In this document: piece by piece, positions 50,630 through 61,290 of the stretch
Position numbering within the stretch: position 1 is the stretch's first letter
Layout of the letters: each line of letters opens with the position of its first letter
Assembly (NCBI GenBank): GCA_965219685.1
Contig: CBDCOH010000002.1
Location: 1,504,001 to 1,568,000 of the forward strand
From: Candidatus Spongiisociaceae bacterium
GTDB taxonomy: Bacteria > Actinomycetota > Acidimicrobiia > Spongiisociales > Spongiisociaceae
Direction: 5' to 3'
Length of the DNA: 64,000 nucleotides
Notes under the pieces: model-generated
Databases searched by the model: none
What the model saw: the letters and a program-made list of their open reading frames with translations, nothing else
Told to the model about the DNA's origin: nothing
Position numbers and translations under genes: made by a program

Positions 50630-50661
50630 GGACGACCCGCCGGGAGGGGGGCGGGTCGTCC
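50630..50661 (-). terminator. GC-rich hairpin downstream of groEL (probable terminator)
   Basis: GGACGACCCGCC-8 nt-GGCGGGTCGTCC perfect 12-bp stem, 27 bp after the stop; no clear U-tract. Confidence 0.65.
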
Positions 50662-50688
50662 GTGGTTTCGTCCGGTGGTCGGAGTGGG

Positions 50689-52651
<1,963 letters not shown>

Positions 52652-52744
52652 CCGAAGTCCTCCTTGAACAGGTGACTGTCTGTACGGAGCACCTGCCGCC
52701 CGATCGGACGGCACCGAGGGCCGGCGCTACTGCGGGACCCCCGA

Positions 52745-52801
52745 TTGGCACTCGTACCTTACGAGTGCTAGAAGCTAGCAGACCCGGAGAGCGAGTGCCA
52801 A
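52745..52801 (-). promoter_or_regulatory. Tandem CIRCE elements (HrcA operators) overlapping the groESL promoter
   Basis: TTGGCACTC-N9-GAGTGCTAG (52745-52771) and CTAGCAGAC-N9-GAGTGCCAA (52775-52801); minus-strand TTGGCA-18-TAGCTT promoter candidate. Confidence 0.88.
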
Positions 52802-52884
52802 TTGGTGAATGGTGAGTGGTGAGTGGTGAGTGGTGAGTGCCAATTGGTGAATGGTGAATGGTGAATGGTGAATGGTGAATGGTG
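52802..52884. repeat. Heptamer tract (GGTGAAT/GGTGAGT), ~11 units, with an embedded copy of GAGTGCCAA
   Basis: Fills the gap between the tsaD stop and CIRCE2. Confidence 0.92.
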
Positions 52885-52889
52885 GAGAT

Positions 52890-53912
52890 CTAACCGACCC
52901 ACGAGCTACCAATCACCATGGACACGTCCACTCCGGCGGTCCACGGGGTGGTCTGGCCTCTCTCCAGGCGGTAGGAACCGGCCGCCCCGATCATGGCGCC
53001 GTTGTCCGTGCACATGATCGGACTCGGTAGGAACATGGCCACCCCGCGCCGGCGTGCCTCCTCCTCGAGCCGCCGGCGGAGGCGTCGATTGGCGAGCACA
53101 CCACCTCCGCCACCGACGATCTCCACTCCGTGGTCCTCGACCGCGTTCATGGTCTTCTGCACCAGCACGTCCACGATTGCTTCCTGGATGGACGCCGCCG
53201 CGTCCTCGGCGGGCGGAAGGGTGCCTGCGGCCTTGGCCTTCTCAAGCCGTGTGACAACCGATGTCTTGAGACCCGAGAAGGAGAAGTCGTACCTACGATG
53301 AGGCAGTGCCCGGGGGAAACGGATCGCCTCCGGGTCACCCGTCTCCGACAGCGCATCTATGGCCGGACCGCCGGGGAATCCCAGCCCCATGAACCGGGCT
53401 AGCTTGTCGAATGCTTCGCCTGCTGCGTCGTCGATGGTCTGGCCAAGCACGCGATACTCGCCCCAGCCCTCCATCAGCACCACCTGGCTGTGCCCGCCGG
53501 AGGCGAGCAGGACGACTGCGGGAGGTCCGAACTCCTCGAATTCCAGGCGCGGCGCGTACAGGTGGCCTTCCATATGGTCTACGCCTATGAACGGAAGGCC
53601 CCTGCTCCAGGCCATGGCCTTCGCGAACGAGTAACCGACCAGCAGGGCACCCACCAGTCCGGGCCCACGCGTCGCCGCGACGCCGTCGAGGTCGTCGGGG
53701 TGGACACCGGCCTCCCCGAGCGCCTGGTGGGTGAGGGAGCGGATGGCCTCGACGTGGGCGCGAGCTGCCACTTCGGGCACCACACCTCCGAACCGGGCAT
53801 GCATCTCCACCTGCGATGACAGGATGTTGGAGAGAACGGTTCGACCCTTCACGACCGCGATTGCGGTCTCGTCGCACGACGTCTCGAAGGCCAGGACGAG
53901 GGGTCCGCTCAC
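52890..53912 (-). CDS. tsaD: tRNA N6-threonylcarbamoyltransferase TsaD
   Basis: FETSCDET, GGVVPEVAARAH, GPGL, HMEGH, SGGH, DDAAGEAFDK, SFSGLKT, TDNGAMI. Confidence 0.96.
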   Translation of the reverse strand: MSGPLVLAFETSCDETAIAVVKGRTVLSNILSSQVEMHARFGGVVPEVAARAHVEAIRSLTHQALGEAGVHPDDLDGVAATRGPGLVGALLVGYSFAKAMAWSRGLPFIGVDHMEGHLYAPRLEFEEFGPPAVVLLASGGHSQVVLMEGWGEYRVLGQTIDDAAGEAFDKLARFMGLGFPGGPAIDALSETGDPEAIRFPRALPHRRYDFSFSGLKTSVVTRLEKAKAAGTLPPAEDAAASIQEAIVDVLVQKTMNAVEDHGVEIVGGGGGVLANRRLRRRLEEEARRRGVAMFLPSPIMCTDNGAMIGAAGSYRLERGQTTPWTAGVDVSMVIGSSWVG

Positions 53913-54403
53913 GGCAGAGCGTCCCTGATGCGGTGAAGCCGGGCCTGATAGTCGGCGCCCCCGATGTCGTGTGCCCACATGACCAGCGCGTCGTCGTCCT
54001 GGTAGTAGTGCTTCCGCACCCCGACGGGGGCCATCCCGAACTTGCGGTAGAACTCCTGGGCGCGGCGGTTGGAGCTTCTCACCTCGAGGGTCAGGTGCCC
54101 GGCTCCTGCCTCCAAGCCTCGGTCCACCAGCGCCAGCATGAGTCGGGTCCCCACCGCGGGAACCGGTGCAGGACGGACGCTGGCAAGGGTGTTGATGTGG
54201 GCGTCGTCAGCTACCACCATCACTCCGCCGTAGCCCACCACCCGGCTTCCGTGCAGGGCAACGAGGTAGGTACGTCCCGGAGCCCCCATCTCGTCCTCGA
54301 AGACCTTGCGTAACCAGGGGGTGGCGAAGGTGACCCGCTCGATCTCCATCACCTGGTCGAGATCGGCGGGGCCCATGTCCCTCACCACGGTGGTCGCGGT
54401 CAT
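53909..54403 (-). CDS. rimI: Ribosomal-protein-alanine N-acetyltransferase
   Basis: IERVTFATPW, LTLEVRSSN..AQ.FY.KFG...GVRKHYY; lies between tsaB and tsaD. Confidence 0.9.
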   Translation of the reverse strand: MTATTVVRDMGPADLDQVMEIERVTFATPWLRKVFEDEMGAPGRTYLVALHGSRVVGYGGVMVVADDAHINTLASVRPAPVPAVGTRLMLALVDRGLEAGAGHLTLEVRSSNRRAQEFYRKFGMAPVGVRKHYYQDDDALVMWAHDIGGADYQARLHRIRDALP

Positions 54404-55104
54404 CCCCACAGCCCACCTTCCCTGAGGTGGACCGAACCCAGCGTCACATCGGGCTCTCGCATGTACAGAGGTCTAACGTCATCGGAATCGCCGAAGTCTC
54501 CCCGCTCCGCCCTTGCCACCACCACCTCGGCGAGCGCGTCGGCCGACGGGTAGCGGGGCATACCGGTCTTGACGCGATTGAGGCCCCGCAGAGCGGACGC
54601 GGGCAGCACCTCGAAGTCTCCGACCACCAGCACATCGTCCGGATCCGATTCGAGGATCCCCCGGATGTGCTGGTAGCCGACCAACTCGGGAGGCGAGTCC
54701 ATGACCGCCCCCCCGGGAACCGGCCGGTAACCGGCTACCGCCACCTCCCGGCGGCGAGCATCCACCACCGACCAGATGTGGCGACGGCCGGTGGCCGCGC
54801 GCAGGGCCAGCGCGTCCAGCGACGACGCCGCCATGATCGGAACGCCGAGCATCGCGGCCACACCCTGCCCGGTCGCGATTCCCACCCGGATGCCGGTGAA
54901 CAGTCCGGGCCCGGCGTCCACCACCACCACATCGAGTTGCTCAGGCCCCCAACCTGCCTGCTCGAAGCAGAAGTCGATGGCCGGAATCAGGAAACCGTCA
55001 TGACCCGTCCTGCCCAGCCGGCTGGCCGAAGCCGCCACCAGGCGTCCCTCGACCAGCGCGACCGATGAGGCGCCGGTGGCGGTCTCTATGGCGAGGATCC
55101 TCAT
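54400..55104 (-). CDS. tsaB: t6A biosynthesis protein TsaB
   Basis: ILAIETAT, GPGLFTGIRVG, DARRREV, PLYMR. Confidence 0.92.
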   Translation of the reverse strand: MRILAIETATGASSVALVEGRLVAASASRLGRTGHDGFLIPAIDFCFEQAGWGPEQLDVVVVDAGPGLFTGIRVGIATGQGVAAMLGVPIMAASSLDALALRAATGRRHIWSVVDARRREVAVAGYRPVPGGAVMDSPPELVGYQHIRGILESDPDDVLVVGDFEVLPASALRGLNRVKTGMPRYPSADALAEVVVARAERGDFGDSDDVRPLYMREPDVTLGSVHLREGGLWG

Positions 55105-55580
55105 GGCTCGCGCTCCAGGTGGACGGCCTTCACAAGCTCTTCGAGCGGGCGATCACACCACGGCCCGCGGGGTTTGAGACGTACCGTCCGCGAGCCTGAA
55201 CCCGCAGCGGAGATCTCCACCGTGAGGCACGTATCGGGCAGCAACGCCGCCACTGCATCACCCCACTCGACGATAAGCAACCCCGCCCGGGCCATGTCCA
55301 CCAAGTCGAGGTCCTCGAACTCCCCGGAGGTCCCGACCCGGTAGACGTCGGCATGGACGAGGGGCATGAAACCGTCCCCGTAGGTCCTCGCCAGGATGAA
55401 ACTCGGCGAGACGAGCACCTCGGTAACCCCGAGACCCTGGGCGATGCCGGACGCCAGGACTGTCTTCCCGGCTCCGAGCGGTCCCACGAGCAGGATGATG
55501 TCACCTTCATGAGCGAGCGCGGCGAGCGCCCTGCCCAGCCGCCGGGTGTCCGCGGCGGTGGGCGCCTCCAGTACGATCAT
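55101..55580 (-). CDS. tsaE: t6A biosynthesis ATPase TsaE
   Basis: GPLGAGKT, SPSF, HADVYR, VEWG. Confidence 0.93.
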   Translation of the reverse strand: MIVLEAPTAADTRRLGRALAALAHEGDIILLVGPLGAGKTVLASGIAQGLGVTEVLVSPSFILARTYGDGFMPLVHADVYRVGTSGEFEDLDLVDMARAGLLIVEWGDAVAALLPDTCLTVEISAAGSGSRTVRLKPRGPWCDRPLEELVKAVHLEREP

Positions 55581-56233
55581 CCAAACAGGCCGAGTTGCTC
55601 GGGGGGTTCAGGTTCGGGCTCAGCCAGACCGCCCGGATCCCCATCCGGCTCGGGCCCGGCCAATCGATCGTCAGCAGTCCTTACCGCCAACTCCAGGTCG
55701 CCCCGTATCGTGTCTGCCATGGCGGGTCCGCTGCGCAGGGCGGCGGCCGGGTGGAATGTCGGGATCACCACCCGCCCCCACCATGGAAATACCGTCCCGC
55801 GTGTCCTGGTGATACCCGTGGAGGTCTTGAGCAGCAGCTTGGTGGCGAAGTTCCCCATCGTCATGACCACCGCCGGATCGACCATCCTGATCTGCTCCAC
55901 GAGGAAGTGCTTGCATGCCTCGATCTCGTCCGGACGAGGATCCCGGTTTCCGGGTGGCCGGCACTTGACGACGTTGGCGATGTACACGTCCCGGCGGTTG
56001 AGGCCCACCTCCCCCAGTAGCCGGTTGAGGAGCATCCCCGCCTTGCCCACGAAGGGCAGTCCCTCGCGATCCTCGTAGAAGCCGGGCCCCTCGCCGATGA
56101 ACATGATGTCGGCGTCGGGGGAGCCGTCCGCGAACACCGCCTGGGTACGGCCCTCGCTGAGCCGGCAAGCGGTACAGGCGGCAGCCTCGGAGGCCAACTC
56201 CGCTAGGCGCGCCTCGACTTCGACCCTGGTCAT
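55577..56233 (-). CDS. Family 4 uracil-DNA glycosylase ([4Fe-4S])
   Basis: CTAC, IGEGPG, PFVGKAG, NVVKCRPPGNRDP, FHPAA. Confidence 0.92.
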   Translation of the reverse strand: MTRVEVEARLAELASEAAACTACRLSEGRTQAVFADGSPDADIMFIGEGPGFYEDREGLPFVGKAGMLLNRLLGEVGLNRRDVYIANVVKCRPPGNRDPRPDEIEACKHFLVEQIRMVDPAVVMTMGNFATKLLLKTSTGITRTRGTVFPWWGRVVIPTFHPAAALRSGPAMADTIRGDLELAVRTADDRLAGPEPDGDPGGLAEPEPEPPEQLGLFG

Positions 56234-57156
56234 AGAGGATCCTCCAGCTGATCGGGGTGCGGGGACCCGGCGGAACGCACCGCCGCCTCGATCGCCCGCG
56301 CGGTGGCCACGAACGCGGCCTCGCCGAGCGCGTCGTGGTCGGGTTCGGCAGAGCCGCAGGAGATGGCAAACACCGCGTCCCCATCATATCGGGTGTGAGC
56401 GGGTCGCACGCAGGCCGCCACCGCGTCCTGGGACCTCATGCACATCCTGATCAGGTCAACCCGCTCGACGCGCGCCTCGGTAGCCACCGCCACCAGGGTC
56501 GTGTTGGCGCCCGTGCCGATAGCGGAAGCAGGCGGGCCCGGACAGGGATCACCGCCGGTGAGGGCTCTTCCCTCGAGCGTGAACACGTCGCCCACCGCGT
56601 TAACGACCGCCAGCGCACCCACGCGGACCCCGCCCACCTCTGCCAGCGACGACCCCAAGCCGGACGGGCGCGCTGCCTGCGGGCCCCGCCACTGCGACGT
56701 GGTGGCGCCCCTTCCGGCTCCGATTCGCCCGGTCGGGACCGGATCGGCGGAGCGGATCCGGTACGCGTGGGCGCCTTCGTCAGCGCCGGGCCGGAAGCTG
56801 GAGGGCCGGTCGAGGTCGTATATCACCGCGGCGGGAACGATCGGTACCGGTCCGTTCCTGGTCGGGTGGCCCCGGCCCCCGGCCGCCAGCTCGCGCACCA
56901 CCCCGTCGACCGCAGCCAGCCCGAAAGCCGACCCGCCCGTGAACACCAGCGCCTGGATCTGCTGCACTCTCATCTCCGGTCGGAGCAGCGCGGTCTCCCT
57001 GCTCCCCGGCGCCGCCCCCCTTATCTCAGCGGTGGCCACATTGGGTTCCGGAAACACGAGCACCGTCAGCCCGGTGCCGTGACCATCGGAGGTCCAGTGG
57101 CCCACCTCCACTCCCTGAACCGCGGTGATGGTGTCGTTCATCGCCTCGGTGCTCAC
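56230..57156 (-). CDS. P1/S58 (DmpA-like) peptidase family protein
   Basis: ITAVQGVEVGH, RGAAPGSRE, GGSAFGL, VPIVPAAVIYD, VNAVGD, NTT, HTRYDGD. Confidence 0.88.
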   Translation of the reverse strand: MSTEAMNDTITAVQGVEVGHWTSDGHGTGLTVLVFPEPNVATAEIRGAAPGSRETALLRPEMRVQQIQALVFTGGSAFGLAAVDGVVRELAAGGRGHPTRNGPVPIVPAAVIYDLDRPSSFRPGADEGAHAYRIRSADPVPTGRIGAGRGATTSQWRGPQAARPSGLGSSLAEVGGVRVGALAVVNAVGDVFTLEGRALTGGDPCPGPPASAIGTGANTTLVAVATEARVERVDLIRMCMRSQDAVAACVRPAHTRYDGDAVFAISCGSAEPDHDALGEAAFVATARAIEAAVRSAGSPHPDQLEDPL

Positions 57157-57695
57157 GGGCGCTCCCTGCGGATGATCTCGTAGCGGAAGAGCGACTCGGC
57201 ATCCCCGGAGTCCTCCATCACCAGGTCCCCGTCCCGCGGCCCGCGAAGCTGGCCGGATACCTCGGCCGTGAGTGCGTGGCGATCTGTCCGGAACGGGTTC
57301 TCGTCGGGCCACCGGTTCTTGCCCGGTCCGGGGCACGGGTGGGGAGCTTCGTTGTAGGTCATGTTGGTCACGACGAACGCCATCTCCGGATGCTCGAGGA
57401 GGCGGTCGGGCAGCTTGCCCAGAGCCTGGCGCACATCCTCGAGGCTTATCTCCTTGCCGACCACCAACCATGGCACGTGGGTGAAGGTCGCGTGGAGGTT
57501 GCGCATCACCTCGACGAGGACCGTGGCGTCACCCATCCCGGCGTCGAACATGCGCAGAGCATCGGGACCCGGGTCCACGTGACTCGCCTCGCGGGCTATC
57601 CGGGCCGCCACCTCGGTCTTCTCCGTGGTGGTGGTGACGAACATCGTATAGGCGGCTCGGCTGTCGAAGAAGCGAGGCCGCGTTCTGTCCTCCAT
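57153..57695 (-). CDS. Hypothetical methyltransferase-like protein, probably an internally deleted remnant
   Basis: 180 aa; FFDSRAAY..FV..T.EK, MFDAGMGDATV, GKEISLEDVR, then an abrupt WPDENPF segment. Confidence 0.55.
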   Translation of the reverse strand: MEDRTRPRFFDSRAAYTMFVTTTTEKTEVAARIAREASHVDPGPDALRMFDAGMGDATVLVEVMRNLHATFTHVPWLVVGKEISLEDVRQALGKLPDRLLEHPEMAFVVTNMTYNEAPHPCPGPGKNRWPDENPFRTDRHALTAEVSGQLRGPRDGDLVMEDSGDAESLFRYEIIRRERP

Positions 57696-57777
57696 CCCGG
57701 AACCTCGGTTGCGCTAAGTGGTCTGTATGCGAGGCGCCATAAGCGCTGGCACCTAGCACGGTAATCTCTCGCGAAGC

Positions 57778-58938
57778 ATGTTCGAACCGACGGTGGCCCT
57801 CGACCCCCGCTTGTCCCGACCGACCTTCGCCGAGATCGACCTCGGTGTCCTCGCTTCCAATTACCGCGCCGTGGAGAAGGCGACACGCGGGGCAGGGATG
57901 CTCCCGGTCCTGAAGGCCAATGCTTACGGACACGGCCTCTTGCCGGTGGGCAGGCACCTCGAGTCCCTCGGCGCGGCAGGGCTGGCGGTGGCGTTCCTGG
58001 AGGAGGGAGCACTCCTGCGCGAGGCAGGGATCCGCTGCCCCATCCTGGTGATGGGCGGCATCGACGTGGACCAGATCCCCCACTTCCTCCGCTATGACCT
58101 GACTATCACCGCCTCCTCGGTCGAGAAGCTCCGGGAGGTGGATCGGACCGCCACGGCCATGGGCAGGACCGCCCGGATCCATCTCAAGGTGGACACCGGC
58201 ATGGGACGGATCGGGATGCGACCCGACACGGCGCCCGCGATGTTCCAAGCTGGGCTGGACGCCGCCAGCGTGGTGGTCGAGGGGGTCTACAGCCACTTCG
58301 CCACCGCCGACCGGGCTGACCCGACCCAGACCCGGGAGCAGCTGAAGCGATTCCGCCGGGCGCTGGCCTTCTACGTCGACCGCGGACTACCGACGCCCAA
58401 GCTGCACCTGGCCAACTCCGGGGCGATCCTCCAGCATCCCGACTCGCACCTCGACCTGGTCAGACCGGGCATCCTGCTGTTCGGCATCTACCCGTCGGAC
58501 GAAGTCTCCCGGACTGTCGACGTGACACCGGTGCTGGCCTGGAAATCGCGCGTCGTGTTCTTCAAGGTGCAACCGGCCGGTATGCCCGTCGGGTACGGAG
58601 CGGAGTGGCGCCCGGACCGGAGCACGCGGGTGGTGACGGTCCCGGTCGGCTACGGCGACGGCTACTTCCATGGGCTCTCCGACCACGGCCGGGTGCTGGT
58701 AGGAGGGCGACGACGGCCGATCGTCGGTGGAGTGTGCATGGACCAGTTCATGGTCGACATCGGACGCGAGGGCGAGGCCTACAACGGTGACGAGGTCGTC
58801 CTGATCGGGCGCCAGGGCGACGAGTCGATCACCGCGACCGACCTGGCCAGGTGGGCCAGCACCATCCCCTACGAGGTCCTCACCAACATCAACACGCGGG
58901 TGGACCGCCGCTACCTGGAAGCAGGGGTCACCTCGTAG
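57778..58938 (+). CDS. alr: Alanine racemase
   Basis: VLKANAYGHG (PLP Lys), HLKVDTGMGRIG, YSHFA, ANSG, RPGI, GYGDG, VCMDQ, TIPYE. Confidence 0.95.
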   Translation: MFEPTVALDPRLSRPTFAEIDLGVLASNYRAVEKATRGAGMLPVLKANAYGHGLLPVGRHLESLGAAGLAVAFLEEGALLREAGIRCPILVMGGIDVDQIPHFLRYDLTITASSVEKLREVDRTATAMGRTARIHLKVDTGMGRIGMRPDTAPAMFQAGLDAASVVVEGVYSHFATADRADPTQTREQLKRFRRALAFYVDRGLPTPKLHLANSGAILQHPDSHLDLVRPGILLFGIYPSDEVSRTVDVTPVLAWKSRVVFFKVQPAGMPVGYGAEWRPDRSTRVVTVPVGYGDGYFHGLSDHGRVLVGGRRRPIVGGVCMDQFMVDIGREGEAYNGDEVVLIGRQGDESITATDLARWASTIPYEVLTNINTRVDRRYLEAGVTS

Positions 58939-59867
58939 CCGGGCTCCTCCGGTTCGTCGTCCACGATTTCGGCGGGGAAGCCGGGCGCCCGGAGGTCGAC
59001 GCCGCAGGCGTCTTCGAGGAGCTTCACTATGCCCGAGGACCAGGCCCGGGATCCGTACACTTGCTCTCCCCTCCGGAAGACGTCGAGGACGAGCGGGGAA
59101 AGCTCCAGCGGGATCCCGTGAACGTCCGCCAGTTGCTGGAAGAGCGACATGTCCTTCACCACCAGATCCATGGTGAAGTTGATGTTGTAGCTCCCGTTGA
59201 GGATCACCTGGGACTCGGTCTCGTGCACGAACGAGTTACCCGAACTGATCCGGATGGCCTCGTAGGTGGTGGAGAGGTCCATCCCGGCCCGCCGGGCGGT
59301 CATCAAGGCCTCCCCCAGCGCCACCAGATGGACCGAGGCGAGATAGTTGGTCACCACCTTCAGTACCGAAGCCGCCCCGAGCGGACCGACATGCAGGATC
59401 CGCCGGCCCATGGTGGTCAGCACCGGCAGGGCCCGCTCGAAATCGTCGCGCTCCCCGCCCACGAAGATGGAGATGTTGCCGGTGGCCGCCCGATGGCAGC
59501 CTCCCGACACCGGTCCGTCCAGAGGGCGTGCCCCGGCCGCAACCACAAGATCGCCGAGACGCCGGACCTCGGCCTCGTCTGTGGTGCTCATCTCCAGCCA
59601 GATCTTGCCGGGCCCGAGGCCGGCCAATACACCGTCCCCGCCCTCCATCACCGAGCGGACCGCAGCCGGCGACGGCAGGCAGGTGATGATCAGATCGCTG
59701 TGCCGGGCAAGGTCGCGGCTCGTGTCTGCCCAGCCGGCTCCCGCCTCGATGAACGGTCGGGCCGCGGCCGCGTCCAGGTCCCTTACCACCATTTCGAAGT
59801 CGTTGCGAAGAAGGCTCCCGGCCAACTTGCTGCCCGCATTGCCGAGCCCGATAAACCCGACCCTCAC
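58911..59867 (-). CDS. NAD(P)-dependent oxidoreductase, 3-hydroxyisobutyrate dehydrogenase family
   Basis: GFIGLGNAG, EMSTT, DGPVSGG, KVVTN, KDM. Confidence 0.88.
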   Translation of the reverse strand: MRVGFIGLGNAGSKLAGSLLRNDFEMVVRDLDAAAARPFIEAGAGWADTSRDLARHSDLIITCLPSPAAVRSVMEGGDGVLAGLGPGKIWLEMSTTDEAEVRRLGDLVVAAGARPLDGPVSGGCHRAATGNISIFVGGERDDFERALPVLTTMGRRILHVGPLGAASVLKVVTNYLASVHLVALGEALMTARRAGMDLSTTYEAIRISSGNSFVHETESQVILNGSYNINFTMDLVVKDMSLFQQLADVHGIPLELSPLVLDVFRRGEQVYGSRAWSSGIVKLLEDACGVDLRAPGFPAEIVDDEPEEPGYEVTPASR

Positions 59868-59958
59868 AGATCAGACCTCCCTCTCGTCGGGCAGTAGTGA
59901 CGAACGACAACTGCGATCCGACCGTTGCACGTCTCATCCATGGAGCGGTCGGCAGTTC

Positions 59959-60093
59959 CTACCGACTACCGACTACCGACTACCGACTACCGACTACCGA
60001 CTACCGACTACCGACTACCGACTACCGACTACCGACTACCGACTACCGACTACCGACTACCGACTACCGACTACCGACTACCGACTACCGACT
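59959..60093. repeat. Perfect heptamer tandem repeat (CTACCGA)x19
   Basis: 19 exact copies at 59959-60091 plus CT, directly abutting the TAG stop of CDS 60094-60837. Confidence 0.97.
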
Positions 60094-60837
60094 CTAGATC
60101 GCCGTGTAGCCGCCGTCCACGAAGTAGGCGGCTCCGGTGGTGAACGAGGACTCGTCGCTCGCAAGGTGGAGAACCGCTCTGGCGATCTCCTCCGGCCGGC
60201 CCAGGCGGCCCATCAGGTGCATGCCCTCCAACCTCGTCCGGCGTTCCTCGGTCAGCGGGCTCAGCAGCGGCGTGTCGATCGCTCCGGGGCAGACAGCATT
60301 GACCCGGATACCTGCCGGAGCGTGGTCGAACGCCATGCAGCGCACCAGACCGATGACGCCGTGCTTGGAGGTGTTGTAGGCCACCTGACCCTTCTCGCCC
60401 GTCACCCCGGCCACCGAGGCGACGCACACGATCGATCCACCGCCTCCGCGTTCCATGTGGGGAACCGCGTGCCTCGAGGCGAGGAAGATCGACTTGAGGT
60501 TCACCGCCATGACCCGGTCCCAGAAGTCTTCGCTTACCTCCGTTACCGTCCCCTTGCCCGCGATCCCGGCGTTGTTGACCAGGATGTCCAGGCCACCGTA
60601 GGTGTCCAGCGCGGTATCGACCATCCGCCGGCAGTCGGCGTCGGACGTGACATCGGTCCGGGCGAACACGGCCTCCCCCCCGGCTTCCCTTATCTCAGCC
60701 ACCACCCCGTCGACGGGGCCACTCCTCACGTCGGCGAGGACCAGTCCGGCCCCCTCCTCGGCGAATAGGCGAGCTACGGCCGCCCCGATCCCCTGGCCTG
60801 CGCCGGTGACGATTGCCGTTCTGTCCTTCAATCTCAT
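60094..60837 (-). CDS. Short-chain dehydrogenase/reductase
   Basis: TGAGQGIG, LVNNAGI, YNTSK, RVNAVCPG, VDGG. Confidence 0.92.
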   Translation of the reverse strand: MRLKDRTAIVTGAGQGIGAAVARLFAEEGAGLVLADVRSGPVDGVVAEIREAGGEAVFARTDVTSDADCRRMVDTALDTYGGLDILVNNAGIAGKGTVTEVSEDFWDRVMAVNLKSIFLASRHAVPHMERGGGGSIVCVASVAGVTGEKGQVAYNTSKHGVIGLVRCMAFDHAPAGIRVNAVCPGAIDTPLLSPLTEERRTRLEGMHLMGRLGRPEEIARAVLHLASDESSFTTGAAYFVDGGYTAI

Positions 60838-60847
60838 GCTCGGCCCG

Positions 60848-60964
60848 TCACCTTATCTGCCTGACGCGACCTTCGGTGCCCCATTCACGATCAACTTGCA
60901 GTGTCTCGGCGTCCAGACCTTCTCTGAGAGCCGGGATCCCCGGAGCATCCGGTACCGTCGTCAC
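60848..60964 (-). pseudogene. Internally deleted PIN/VapC toxin remnant (38 aa)
   Basis: GTG overlaps the antitoxin stop (GTGA); MTTVPDAPGIPAL...LDAETLQVDREWGTEGRVRQIR resembles the N-terminal (VLDAS) and C-terminal (VLTADRAW..GRIRQIR) ends of VapC proteins. Confidence 0.55.
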
Positions 60965-61206
60965 CCGGCATCCTCGATGGCAGCTTCCCGCTTCCACTCG
61001 ATCAGAATCTCCTCAACAAGGTCGCCGCCCTCGAGTCCAGTCTGGATCCGAGCGAGCAGAGCCTCGCGTCTCGTAAGCACCAGGCCCCACCGTAACTCCA
61101 TGAAGATCAGGGATGAACACTCCTCGAATCCATGGCGGACCCGGAGTTCGGTCGGCACCAGAACCCTACCCCGGTCTCCCGTCACGGCTGTGTAAATCCC
61201 ACTCAT
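60961..61206 (-). CDS. AbrB/MazE/SpoVT family DNA-binding protein (antitoxin-like)
   Basis: 81 aa; V.GDRGRVLVPTELR...GLVL..RE swapped-hairpin pattern. Confidence 0.72.
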   Translation of the reverse strand: MSGIYTAVTGDRGRVLVPTELRVRHGFEECSSLIFMELRWGLVLTRREALLARIQTGLEGGDLVEEILIEWKREAAIEDAG

Positions 61207-61290
61207 GAACCCAAGGTAGTAGGCCATCACCGGGGTAGGTACAAGAGAACCGGGTGCTCGGCAATCCGGACTGATCACACCGGCTGCCGC

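Noticed and set aside
59347-60768. ORFs containing TTDYRLP peptide repeats (also 59897-60097, 59925-60143)
   Set aside because: They are translation artefacts of (CTACCGA)n, antisense to or overlapping real minus-strand genes.
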